In this document: one piece after another, positions 52,273 through 62,298 of the stretch
Position numbering within the stretch: the stretch's first letter is position 1
Layout of the letters: each line of letters opens with the position of its first letter
Assembly: GCA_963758635.1 (NCBI GenBank)
Contig: CAVWWD010000008.1
Span: forward strand, 1,184,001-1,248,000
DNA: 64,000 bases
Source: an uncultured Candidatus Rokubacteria bacterium
Lineage (GTDB): Bacteria > Methylomirabilota > Methylomirabilia > Rokubacteriales > CSP1-6
Reading direction: 5' to 3'
Position numbers and translations under genes: made by a program
Notes under the pieces: generated by a model
The model's database searches: none
Seen by the model: only the letters and a program-made list of their open reading frames with translations
What the model was told of the DNA's origin: nothing

Positions 52273-53578
52273 TTGACCGTGCGCATCGCGGATCCTCCTC
52301 CTCGGGTTCTGCCTCTTCGTCGTCTACGGATCGCTGTTCCCGTTCGACTTCACCGTGGATCCGGTGGAGATCCGGCGAGACCTCGCGCACGCCGTGAGGC
52401 TGCCCTTCGACGCCACGGGGCGGCGGCGCTTCTCCATCCCCGACGTCGTGGCCAACGTGATGCTCGGCGTGCCGGTGGGGTTCCTGCTCGTCACCGGCGG
52501 GCTCGTCGGGCGCTCGATCGTGGCCCGCGCCGCCGCCGCGGTGGTGATCGCGGGCGTGTTCGCGGCCGCGGTGGAGGTCGGGCAGCTCCTCGCGCCGAGC
52601 CGCACCGCCTCGGCCCTGGACGTGGCCGCGCAGGCCGCGGGCGCGCTGGCCGGCGCCGTCGCCGCGCACGTGATGCGGCCGCTCGCGCGGAGCGCGTCGG
52701 AGCGGCGAGTGGTGGGGCACCTCCGGCGCCGGCCCGCGTGGATCGCCGCGGGCGTCCTCGCCCTCGCGCTCGCGGCCGACGCGCTCTACCCCTTCGCGCT
52801 GACGCTCGACGTGTCCACGGTGCGGGCGGGGATCAAGCAGGCCGTGCGCGCGCCGCTCGCGAGCGTCGCCCAGCGCTTCTGGGCCGATCTCGTGGTGGAG
52901 AAGGTGATCGCGTACGGCGCGCTGGCCCTCTTCGTCCGGGCCGCCCTGGCGACGACGCCGGCAGCCGGGCTCCTCGCGTGGCTCGCGGCCACCGCAGTGG
53001 CCGGCGGCCTCGAGGTCGCGAAGCTCCTCGTCGCCGGGCGCGCGCCCAGCCCCGGGGGGTTCCTGATCGCCGCGGCCGGCGCGCTCGCCGGCGTGGCCGT
53101 GGCGGGCTGGGGCGCGCGCCGGTGGCCGGGCGGGCTTCCCGGCGCCCGCGTGTTCGCGGCGGCCGCCGCGGGCCTGCTCGCGTTCCAGGAGCTGACGCCG
53201 TTCGACTTCACGTCCTCGGGCGCGGCCATCGCCGCCAAGGCCGCGCGCGTCGAGTGGTGGCCCTTCGCGGCCTACTACGGAGCCGACCTGCACAAGGCGC
53301 TCTTCGACGTCGGCAAGAAGCTCGTGATGGGGGCGTTCCTCGGCGCCTCGCTCGCCGGGGCGCGCGTGCGCGCGCCGGTCGGGTGGACGCTCGCGTGGGC
53401 CGCGGGGCTGGAGGCCGCCCAGGTCTTCCAGGTCTCGCACCTGCCCGCGATCACCGACGTGGCGGCGATCACGGCCGGCGCGGCAGCCGGCCGCGCGCTG
53501 CTCGCGCGCTACCACCGCTGGGCGGACGCGGGCGAGGGGGGCGGGGCGGCGCCCCGCGTATCCGTTTCTCGACATTGA
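52273..53578 (+). CDS. VanZ-like multi-TM protein
   Basis: Repeated PF(D/A)(F/L) and DVVANV, VEVGQ, RTASALDV motifs. Confidence 0.72.
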
Positions 53579-53601
53579 TCGGCGGGCGACCGCCGTGATA
53601 C

Positions 53602-54294
53602 GTGAGCCCCATGGACGCCCCGCGCATCGCCGAGTGGCCCCTCGAGGACCGCCCGCGCGAGCGCCTGTACGACAAGGGCGCCGAGGCCCTCGCCGACGCC
53701 GAGCTGCTCGCCATCCAGCTCGGCGCGGGTGTGCGCGGGCAGAGCGCGGTCGAGGTGGCGCGCGGCCTCCTCGTGCGCCACGGCTCGCTCTCGGCCGTGG
53801 CGGCCCGGCCCGTCGTGGAGCTGGCCGCGCACCCCGGCGTGGGGCGGGCGCGGGCAGCGCGGCTCGCCGCGGCCTTCGAGCTGACCCGGCGGCTCCGCTC
53901 GCGCAACGGCGGCTCACGCGTGGTGCTGGCGAGCCCCGAGCAGGTGTACGCGCGCTACGGCCCCTTGATGGAGGACCTGCACAAGGAGGTGTTCCGCGCC
54001 GCGCTGCTCGACGCCCAGAACGGGCTGCTGCGCGACGTGATCGTCTCGGAGGGCACGCTGTCGGCGAGCCTCGTGCACCCGCGCGAGGTGTTCAAGCCCG
54101 CCATCCTGGAGCCGGCGGCGAGCGTGATCCTGCTCCACAACCACCCGAGCGGCGATCCCACCCCGAGCCGGGAGGACCTCCGGCTCACCCGGCAGCTCGC
54201 CGAGTGCGCGCGCATGCTCGACCTGCGGCTGCACGACCACGTGATCATCGGTCACGGGCGGTACGTGAGCCTCGCCCAGCGCGGGGCCATCTGA
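53602..54294 (+). CDS. radC: RadC/JAB domain protein
   Basis: RPRERL, SLVHPREVF, HNHPSGDPTPSRED, DHVIIG. Confidence 0.95.
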   Translation: MSPMDAPRIAEWPLEDRPRERLYDKGAEALADAELLAIQLGAGVRGQSAVEVARGLLVRHGSLSAVAARPVVELAAHPGVGRARAARLAAAFELTRRLRSRNGGSRVVLASPEQVYARYGPLMEDLHKEVFRAALLDAQNGLLRDVIVSEGTLSASLVHPREVFKPAILEPAASVILLHNHPSGDPTPSREDLRLTRQLAECARMLDLRLHDHVIIGHGRYVSLAQRGAI

Positions 54295-54400
54295 AGAAGC
54301 GCCCGAAGGGCGCAACCTCTAACCCTCTCCCCTCCGGGGAGAGGGTTAGGGTGAGGGGCGGTCGCACCAGCACGCGGAGGGTCCGCCGCCGAGCCGGTCA
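54291..54400. repeat. REP-like palindromic repeat, left copy
   Basis: GCGCCCGAAGGGCGC and CCCTCTCCCC-TCC-GGGGAGAGGG hairpins; inverted near-copy at 54942-55051. Confidence 0.88.
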
Positions 54401-54592
54401 GCCCTTCGCGAGCTTCTCCACTTCCTTCTTCTTGAGTCCCTGGATGCGCGCGAGAAGCAGCTTCACCTTCCGTTCGGAGGCGTGATCAGCGAGGATCAGC
54501 TTCCTGGACGTCGTGCCGTTGACGATGTAAGCGACCCAGTCATCCATGGCCGGCGTACCACGCCAGGCGACCGTGAGCCCGCTGAGCCGCAT
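54398..54592 (-). CDS. Small basic hypothetical protein (64 aa)
   Basis: MRLSGLTVAWRGTPAMDDWVAYIVNG...KKKEVEKLAKG; purine-rich RBS; composition unlike the shadow ORFs. Confidence 0.7.
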   Translation of the reverse strand: MRLSGLTVAWRGTPAMDDWVAYIVNGTTSRKLILADHASERKVKLLLARIQGLKKKEVEKLAKG

Positions 54593-54905
54593 CCGCTTCC
54601 TGCCCTCTACTTTCGCCAGTGGCTTCCGGCTGCCCTCCATCCCTCGGCTTCCTCTCCTCGAGAACTTCGTGCGGTGGGCCGTCGCGCGCGATCAGCCGGC
54701 GCGCGTGAGAGTCACCTTTGCAAGCGACGCTCGTCGCTGTCAAGGACGCGTTTGCCCGCGCCAAATGCGCGTCGCGTGCGCGCGGCTCGCGGCGGACCGC
54801 ATGAATCCGCTACATTCTCGTGACGATCCTCGCGGTGGACGGCCGGAGCGTCTCTTTTCGCGGACACGCCCCTCGAACCGCGTCAGAGCGTCCGTTTTTC
54901 GCTGC

Positions 54906-54943
54906 TGTGGATGCCGGTGGATAAGTGGATAACCTGTGGGTTA
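54906..54943. promoter_or_regulatory. Cluster of four DnaA-box-like 9-mers
   Basis: TGTGGATGC, GGTGGATAA, AGTGGATAA, TGTGGGTTA versus TGTGGATAA. Confidence 0.5.
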
Positions 54944-55051
54944 CCGCGGGCGGGCGGCGGACGTTCCGCGTGCTCGTGCGGCGGCCCCTCACCCTGCCCT
55001 CTCCCCGGAGGGGAGCGGGTTGGATGTTGCGCCCTTCGGGCGCTTCGTCAG
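54942..55051. repeat. REP-like palindromic repeat, right (inverted) copy overlapping the pyrD 3' end
   Basis: Reverse complement aligns to 54291-54400; encodes the last residues KRPKGATSNPLPSGERAG of pyrD. Confidence 0.88.
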
Positions 55052-56020
55052 CTCGTCGAGGATGCGCCGGGCGAGGAGCGGGCCACGCGTGACGAACCCG
55101 GTGAAGTACGCGCACGCGGTGGCGCCCGCGTCGAGCGCGGCGCGGGCCGCCTCCGGCGAGTCGATGCCGCCGGTGGCGACGATCTCGATCGCGTCGCCGA
55201 AGCGCGCGCGGAGCCGGCGCACGTTGTCGAGCGTGGCGGCGAGGAGCGGCGGCCCCGACAGCCCGCCGCTCCGCTGCGAGAGCCGCGGCTCGTCGATCCG
55301 CCGCGTGTTCCCCGCGTTCACGATGCGCACGCCCGCGGCGAGCGCGGCGGGCACGATGGCGTCCTCGTTCGTCTCGCGGAAGTCGGGCGAGACCTTCACG
55401 ATGAGCGGCTTGTCGGTGGCGGCCCGCGCCGCCGCGAACAGCCGGGCCAGCTCGGCGGGCTTGCGCGACCACTCGTACACGAGCGCCGTGTTCGGCGACG
55501 AGATGTTCATCTCGACCAGGTCGCCGAACGGGGCGAGGCCGGCCACCACCTCGACGTACTCGTCGATGGAGTCGCCCGCGGCCGAGACGATCAGCGGCAC
55601 GCGATGGGGCAGGCGCGCGAGGGCCTGCCGGTACGCGGCGAGGCCGGGGTTGTGAAAGCCGTTGCAGTTGACCAGCGCCGGCCCCTCCGGCGCGTCAAAC
55701 CGCACGAGGTTGGGCGCGGGGTGCCCGGGCCGCGGGCGCGGCGTGATCGTCTTCGCGGTCACCGCGCCGAAGCCCAGGCCCATGACCCGGCGCAGGATGA
55801 CCGGGTCGTAGTACATCGACGAGAGGATCAGCGGGTTCGGCAGCCGCACGCCGCCCAGCGTGATCGCGAGCCGGGGATCCGGGTTCGTGAAGATGGAGAG
55901 GCGATCGAGGGGCAGCAGGCGGAGCCCGCGCTGCCCGAGCGAGACCGCAACCGGCTCGGGCAACCGCGACAGGAGATGCCCGTAGAGGAGTCCGTACACC
56001 CGGTCGAGCGCGCGCGCCAT
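54989..56020 (-). CDS. pyrD: Dihydroorotate dehydrogenase (divergent)
   Basis: GFGAV, NCNGFHNPG, NISSPNT, KVSPD, GGLSGPPL, TGGIDS. Confidence 0.8.
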   Translation of the reverse strand: MARALDRVYGLLYGHLLSRLPEPVAVSLGQRGLRLLPLDRLSIFTNPDPRLAITLGGVRLPNPLILSSMYYDPVILRRVMGLGFGAVTAKTITPRPRPGHPAPNLVRFDAPEGPALVNCNGFHNPGLAAYRQALARLPHRVPLIVSAAGDSIDEYVEVVAGLAPFGDLVEMNISSPNTALVYEWSRKPAELARLFAAARAATDKPLIVKVSPDFRETNEDAIVPAALAAGVRIVNAGNTRRIDEPRLSQRSGGLSGPPLLAATLDNVRRLRARFGDAIEIVATGGIDSPEAARAALDAGATACAYFTGFVTRGPLLARRILDELTKRPKGATSNPLPSGERAG

Positions 56021-56083
56021 CACGCCGGAGGATAACGGAGACCCGGCATCCCGCCAAGCACGCCGCCACCGCCGCGGCCGCGA

Positions 56084-56365
56084 CGGCTCAACCGCCAGTG
56101 GCGCGTGCGCTTCCGATGGCGCGCACGACGTGGAGATCACCGACTATCACGGAGGGCAGCGACGATGACGCGCACGCCGCGACGGCAGGCCCCGGTGCAT
56201 CCGGGGGAGATTCTGGCCGCGAAGTTCCTGACCCCGCTCGGGCTGACCCCGTACCGCGTGGCCGTGGATTGCGGGGTCCGGCCTCCGCGCTTCTACGAGA
56301 TCGTCCGCGGTAAGCGCAGCCTCACCGCCGACACCGCGCTCCGGCTTGGGCGGTACTTCGGCATG
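56084..56365 (+). pseudogene. higA: higB C-terminal scrap plus truncated higA
   Basis: RLNRQWRVRFRW..AHDVEITDYH (56084-56150); PVHPGEIL...EIVRGKRSLTADTALRLGRYFG (56165-56365). Confidence 0.8.
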
Positions 56366-56384
56366 ATAGAGGCGCTCCGCGGCA

Positions 56385-56497
56385 GCACCTTGACCTGGCG
56401 AGCGAGGCGGGCGCCGAGCGCCGGCGCCAGGTGAGTACCGTGCGTCTCGCCCGGCGAGACGAAGAACGGCAAGGCGTAACTCGTGTACCTCACGCCG
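56385..56497 (+). pseudogene. Tyrosine recombinase internal scrap
   Basis: LTWR...TVRL..PGETKNGKA*LVYLTP resembles the catalytic-lysine hairpin of integrases. Confidence 0.45.
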
Positions 56498-56552
56498 TGG
56501 TTGCCCCGGCCTACGAGCCGTGGGACGTGATGCGGTGTCGGGGAGCGAGGGG

Positions 56553-56581
56553 TTGACGCGCGGCCGGCAAGCCTGTAGCCT
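56553..56581 (+). promoter_or_regulatory. tRNA promoter
   Basis: TTGACG-17 bp-TAGCCT, 10 nt before the tRNA. Confidence 0.65.
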
Positions 56582-56590
56582 TTCCCGCAC

Positions 56591-56666
56591 GGACGATTAG
56601 CTCAGTTGGCAGAGCACTGGCCTCACATGCCAGGGGTCGCAGGTTCAAGTCCTGCATCGTCCACCA
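56591..56666 (+). tRNA. tRNA-Val (CAC)
   Basis: Acceptor GGACGAT/ATCGTCC, D arm GCTC/GAGC, anticodon stem CTGGC/GCCAG with CT-CAC-AT loop, GGTTCAAGTCC, encoded CCA. Confidence 0.96.
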
Positions 56667-56673
56667 TTCTAAT

Positions 56674-57838
56674 TCACGCACTTAGCGCCCCCCGCCGCTC
56701 ACGTCCCGGTGCCCGTGTGCCATATACGTGCCATCGCGCGGAGCCTGAAACAGGCAGCGTGAGCGCCTGGACGGCCTCGGCGAGGTGCCCCGGGGCGAGG
56801 TGCTGATAGCGGATCGTCATCCGCGGATCCCGGTGGCCGAGCACCTCCATCACCACCCGTTGGTTCACGCCCGCCTGGGTCATCCGGGACGCGGCGTCGT
56901 GTCGCAAGTCGTGCAGCGTGATCTCGGGATGGCCGATCCGCTCGGCCCACCGCGCAAAGCTCGCGCGTGAGGACCTTCGGGTCGATCACGGGCAGCACCG
57001 GCGCCCGCCGGTCGATCCCGCGCGGGAGCCGACGCAGGAGCGCCTCCAGGTCGCGGGACATGGGAATCACTCTCGCGTGTCCGCTCTTCGTGTGACGGAA
57101 TGAGACCTGGCGACGTCCCAGGTCCACGTCGGCCCACACGAGCCGCGTGAGCTCGCTGCGGCGTGCCGCGGAGAGCATGACCGCCTCGATGTAGAGGCGG
57201 AGCGTGCGCGAGGGCCGGACGGGCCAGCTCCACTGGCCGGCCGTCGCTGGCCGTCGACGATGCGCTCCACGCCCTCGAGCAGGGCGCTGACGGACCTCGG
57301 GCTCGAGGAGCACCACGCGGCCCGGCGGTTCCTTCGCCTTCCGGATCTTCGCCGCCGGATTCACCGTGAGGTAGCCCCACTCGACGGCGTGGCCAAGCGC
57401 GTGCTTGAGCCGCGTGAGGTCCTTGTTCGCGGTGGACGGGGAGACCTCGCTCCGGCGCTCCGCGTACCAGCGAGCGATCGCTTCGGGCTTGAGCGCCCGC
57501 AACGCGAGTCCGCCGAACCGCGGGAGCAGGGTCGTGTCGAGGATCCACTTCCGCGTGCGCTCCGCCCAGGAGGGCGCGAGCGTCGGCGCCACCGCGGGCC
57601 AGTAGCGCTCATCGACGAAGGTCCGGAAGAGCAGCCCCTCGTCGCGGCGGCCGGTGATCTCCTCCTTCGCGAGGCGCACGACCAGGTTCGCGTACATCAA
57701 CCTCGCCGTCGCGGCGTCGGGGGACGCCTTCAGTCGCCGGCGCTGGCCCGTGGCGTCCCGATAGTCCAGGTGCCACCACTTCGTGGTGGCGTTCCAGAAG
57801 ATGCCGTCTCGGCGTGTGCGCGTGGAGCGGGTCGTCAT
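56674..57838 (-). CDS. int: Tyrosine recombinase/integrase (frameshifted)
   Basis: Arm-binding N-terminus (WHLDYRDATGQRRR), STANKDL, RRSEL, HTKSG, LHDLRH, LGHRDPRMTIRYQH. Confidence 0.92.
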
Positions 57839-58451
57839 CGGGTCCTCGCTTTCTTCGCGTTCTTCGCGTTCTTCACGTCGTCGTCTTCGCCGTCTTCGCG
57901 CGGTGGCGCCGCTCCGCCGCCCGTTGCCGGACCGTGGCCGCGCGCCGCGGTCGCGTGCATCGAGCAATACCGTCCGCGCTTCGCGGCGACGAAGGGCCGG
58001 CGGCACCCCGGCCTCCGCGCAGCGGCGCAGGAGCGAGCGCGGCACGTGCTCGAGGTAGGTGATGGCGGCCCAGAGGACCGCCGCGCTGAGCGCGGTCGCG
58101 CGCGTCGGAGGCAAGTTGGACGCGGACCGCGGTCGCGGTGCTGGTCACCGTGATCGTGAGGGGAAGACGTGGCCCGCCACGTCCGTCCATCGACCACGCC
58201 TCTCGAACAGCGATGCGCAGGACGAGTGTGGAGCTCATGGAACTCTGCGAGGAACGGCGGATGGCGGAATTGCGGCCGAGGGAGCTCCGCGCACGCGGGC
58301 CTCGAGCACCGGCGAGCCAGGCGCGCACGCCCGCGACCAGCGGCGGCGCCTCGGCGTCGCTCGGCGGGTGATACGCCAGCGCGGCGAGGGCCGCGAGGCG
58401 CTGCCGACAGAGGGCGCGGCGGATGCGGGCGTCGCGGGGGAGGGTGTCCAT
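57835..58451 (-). CDS. CGNR-zinc-finger-like protein (frameshifted)
   Basis: C-terminal LRRCAEAGCRRPFVAAKRGRYCS after joining frames; ATGA overlap with integrase; leaderless-type promoter. Confidence 0.55.
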
Positions 58452-58569
58452 GCCCCGATACTACACAACAATGACAACAGGAGCAAATCAGCATTTTTCT
58501 CTTGCATACCACCGCCGGCGAGGACATGCTCGGCGCGACACCATCACGAGCAGGAGAGGAGGGACGCGG

Positions 58570-58821
58570 ATGTTGACGCGGGGCGGAACGATCCCGGATC
58601 TCGCGGAGCGCTACGGGCTCAGCCAGTTCACGATCCACGCCTGGCTCCGCAAGGGGCTCATCGCGCACACGCGCTTTGGGCGGCGGATCCTCGTGGATCT
58701 CGACAGCTTCGAGAAGGTGCTCGAGGCGAACTACCGGCCGGCCGTGGGTGACGGCGTCTTCCCGGCCGCCACGCGGCCGCGGAAGGCCGCCCGCGTCGCT
58801 CGGCGGAAGGCGAGACGGTGA
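58570..58821 (+). CDS. Excisionase-like MerR/HTH_17 DNA-binding protein
   Basis: TIPDLAERYGLSQFTIHAWLRKGLIAHTRFGRRILV; GGAGGG RBS. Confidence 0.8.
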   Translation: MLTRGGTIPDLAERYGLSQFTIHAWLRKGLIAHTRFGRRILVDLDSFEKVLEANYRPAVGDGVFPAATRPRKAARVARRKARR

Positions 58822-58922
58822 TGATCTGCGTCCAGCTCCCGAAGTGAAACGACCGCCGCGGTCGCGAGCCGGCGCCGTCGTTTCAGTGCAGCGAACTTCC
58901 TTTTTGACGAGAGGAGCTCAGT

Positions 58923-59450
58923 ATGGCAGGGTCAGTTTCTTCCTTCAATCGCTTCGACCTACGAGCCCCTGTCCCCCGACCGGATCCGCGACTACGCCTC
59001 CTGAAGGGGGAACGACGATCCGATCGACGACCTACCTTCAGCGGTTCCCTATCGCCGCCTTCTCGCTGAACGACCGGTGGACGGTGATGGAGGTGCTCGT
59101 CGCCTGAATCGCGCACGAGCGGATCTGCAGGTCGCGCTCCGCCAGGCCACGACCGCGCAGGGCAGGAGCCGACGGCATGAGCCGGCGGCGCGCGTGTCGT
59201 ACGACGGTCCGCCTGTGACCGTCGATCTCGACGATCCCGAGGTCATCCGCCCGCGAGTCTGCCGGCGCATCCGGCAGCGCGTGGGCTGGACGCATCGCGC
59301 GTCAGCAGCCTGACTCACTTGCATCAGAGCACCATCTCGCGTTCGAGTGCGGCAAGCTCACGCTCTCTCTCGAGGCCCGCCGGCGGTTCCTGGCCGGGCT
59401 CTGTGTCCTGGCGCTCGGCTTCGCCATCGCCACCTCGACGACTAGACACA
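58923..59450 (+). pseudogene. Degraded ORF(s) including an XRE-type HTH
   Basis: RRIRQRVGWT...LHQSTISRFECG across frames; in-frame stops. Confidence 0.4.
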
Positions 59451-59461
59451 CACGCGGCCCC

Positions 59462-59830
59462 ATGGTCCGGATGCCCTTCGGCCCACATAGAGGGAAGCTC
59501 CTCAGCGAAGCTGCCGCTCGACCACCTCGAGTGGAGCATTCGGGTCGTTACGCGCGAACTGGCTCCGCGAGGCCCTCCTCGCGGAGCTCGAGGCGCGGAA
59601 GAGGTCAGCAGTCCTCGTCAACCGATGGCGCCGGCCGCGAAGAAGCAGAGTCGTGACGCGCGCGCCGGCGCGTCCTCGTCGTCGTCGGAGTTCCGCGACC
59701 TGGTCGAGCGCGCCCGGCGCGAGCTGGCCCGGACGTATCACCCGACGTTGGCGGGAACGTCGACCTGATGAAGGGCGATGAACCTCCTCGCTGACCGATA
59801 TGCTCGGTCGGAACGGACGACGGCGATGAC
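59462..59830 (+). CDS. DUF3820-like N-terminus plus J-domain-like C-terminus (frameshifted)
   Basis: MPFGPHRGKLLSE-LPLDHLEW; ARRELARTYH(P)DVGGNVDLMK-AMNLL after joining frames. Confidence 0.5.
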
Positions 59831-60004
59831 CAACCAGCCTGTGTGGGATGTGGAACGACGACCACGTGCTCTCGATCCTGGTCGGTCGGGCTCCGGGCGA
59901 GCACGGCGACGCCTGGCAGCTGCGCGTGTGCGAGACCTGCCTGGTGACGATGCCGCCGGCCCGTCTGGCCGATGCGGTGGCCGGCGTCGGGAAGGCGGAG
60001 CGCG

Positions 60005-62204
60005 ATGCACGTCCATCCTGACCATCTCGTCGACCTGCGCAAGAGCGGGCTCGCCGATGCCACGATCGAGGCGCTGCAGATCCGCTCGCTCGCGCCGGCG
60101 GAATGGCCGCAGTACCTGGTTGGCGCCTTCCTCGCGGGAGTCAACGAGCCTTTGCTGTTCCCCTATCCGGGCACGGACGGCTTCTACCGCGTGAAGACTC
60201 TTCCCGGCCGTGCGCCAGACGGCAACGGTCACACGTCAAGTACTACCAGCCGCCCGAGGACGGCGCCCGGCTCTACATCCCGCCCGCGACCCGGGAGCGC
60301 GCTAGCGCGATCCGGGCACCGAGCTAGCTCTACGATCGAGGGACGAAAAAAAGTGCGCGAAGGCGGTCCTAGGAGGGGCTAGCGCCGTTAGGCCTCGGCG
60401 GCGATGTGGAACTAGCGGCACCGAGGGCCAGCCATCGCCGACCTCGACGCGATCGACTACTGGGCGCGGCCCTGCCCGTCGATAGCCGACAGCGATACGT
60501 GGATGCGGCCTGACCTTTGCGTCCGCTCGACGCGCTCGGCAAGGAGTGCGAGGCGCGCGGCGCCGTCGTGCGCGTGTGAAGCTGCCCGCCGGGCCCGACG
60601 GCGCCAAGGCCGGCCTCGACGACTTCTTCATCGACCACACGGTGGACGACTTCCATGCGTTGCCACGGCTCGCCCTGACGGACCGCGAGTTCACGCGCAC
60701 GCGTCACATGGTAGCGTGGGATGGACGAAGCGGCAGGATCGCGCGACAGAGAAGGTCGCGGAAGGACGCGCGGACGCTTCTCGCGAAGGCGGGCACGATC
60801 CAGGTCCTGCACCCGCCCAGGATGTCCACGAAGGGCGCCTGATGTACGGCCTCCCATCGACCAAGGACCTCGTGCTACTGGCCTCGACGCCGAGAACTGT
60901 GCCGCGCCGACGAGCTCCCGGAGATCGGTCCGGGCCGCGCCACACGCGTCCGGGCCGCTCCTCGAGTGACCCGGGAGACGCGTCGCGTGGATTGACGGCG
61001 CGAGCGACCGGTCCGTGCCATCGAGCCCTCGACGGCCTGGACGCTGTACTTCCACGAGCACCTCTACCTCCGTGATCGGCCGAGGCGTGCCGTCTCCAAC
61101 GGCCCTAGTCCTGGCAAGCTGGGCCCTAGGCACCGAGAGTATCATCGCGCGTTCCGGAACGTACCCCGTACCTCGTCTTCCGCTCGTCGGAGAAGTCCAG
61201 CGGCAAGAGCCGGCGCTCGATGCAGCTCCGCCGCGTGTCACATTCGAAACGCGAGCTCCGTCCAGGACGCGCCGATCGGAAGCCGGCCTGTACCGCGGCG
61301 CCGAGCGCTACAGGCGGGGCGCAGCTCTTCGACGAGGTGGAGTCGCGCAAGAGTAAGACCGAGCGAGCAGATCGAGGCGCTCCTGAGCGTGCTCAACGTC
61401 GGCTTCGAGAAGGGCAGCGACGGTCATCGCAGCCAGGAGAAGCGGGGCGAGCAGTTCGTCGATGTGGACTACGACGCCTGTATGCGCCGCGCGCGCTCGC
61501 CGGCCTGCGCTCGCTCGAGGACACGCTAGAGCACCGCAGCTATTTTTTGTTTCATGTTGCGGCGCCTCCGGAACCATCCCCAGAGAGCAGATCGCGAGGG
61601 TGACCGCGGCATACCGACTACCCGTGGTCCAGGCCTCTCCGGGTGGAGTGCGCCTGGGCGTGCCTGGAGCACATCGGCAACATCCTGACCGCCCGCGAGG
61701 AGGTCGACGTCGCTCCTCCAGAAGAAGGAGTACGAGGACTTCGACGACCGCCTGACCGATCTCTGGCGTCCGCTGCTCGGCCCTTGGCCATGGTGGCCGA
61801 CGTTGAGCAGGAGCCGCCCGGCGATTCGCCATTCCGGGTCCTCCTCCGGGCGATGCAGGCCGCGGGCGAGGTCCGGGACGCGGAGACGGCAGGCCGGGTC
61901 CACCGCCACCCTGGTGCGGGCGCTGCTGAAGGTCCGGGAGGAGCGTGTGGCGCATTCCCAGCCGGTGGAGCTCTCCGCCGGGATCGCTCCTGGCAGCGCT
62001 CAAGGCCAAGGTGCCCGTAGTGGGACTGGCTCAAGTCGAAGAAGAAGCTGGCCGTGCCTGCTGAACCCGCTCGGGATCGTCCATGCGCCAGCAGCGGGTA
62101 GGAGGCGGGAGCGTCGCTGGGTCTATCTTCCTGAGCCTGTATCATGCTCCAGAACCTCCAGGAGCGTTATGTCGTCTCGCACCGACGACGACGAGGCCCC
62201 ATGA
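60005..62204 (+). CDS. Primase-like replication protein (DUF3854/Toprim-like plus NTPase/DUF3631-like), heavily frameshifted
   Basis: HLVDLRKSGL, LLFPYP, KYYQP..RLYIPP, IEG, VKLPAGPDGAKAGLDDF, SEKSSGKSR, LFDEVE, LLSVLNVGF. Confidence 0.65.
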
Positions 62205-62213
62205 GCCAGAGCC

Positions 62214-62298
62214 CATGACAACCCGTGACCCTGTGACAAGCCGCATCGTTGCTGCCCCGCCACTGATGCGCGTTGTCACATGGTCACGTGTTGTCATG
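62214..62298. repeat. 27-bp inverted repeat of TGAC-core iterons, putative element origin
   Basis: CATGACAACCCGTGACCCTGTGACAAG versus the reverse complement of 62272-62298 (CATGACAACACGTGACCATGTGACAAC); T-tract follows. Confidence 0.75.

Noticed and set aside
53602..54294. radC as a mobile-element marker
   Set aside because: Full-length chromosomal type with N-terminal HhH region in a housekeeping run
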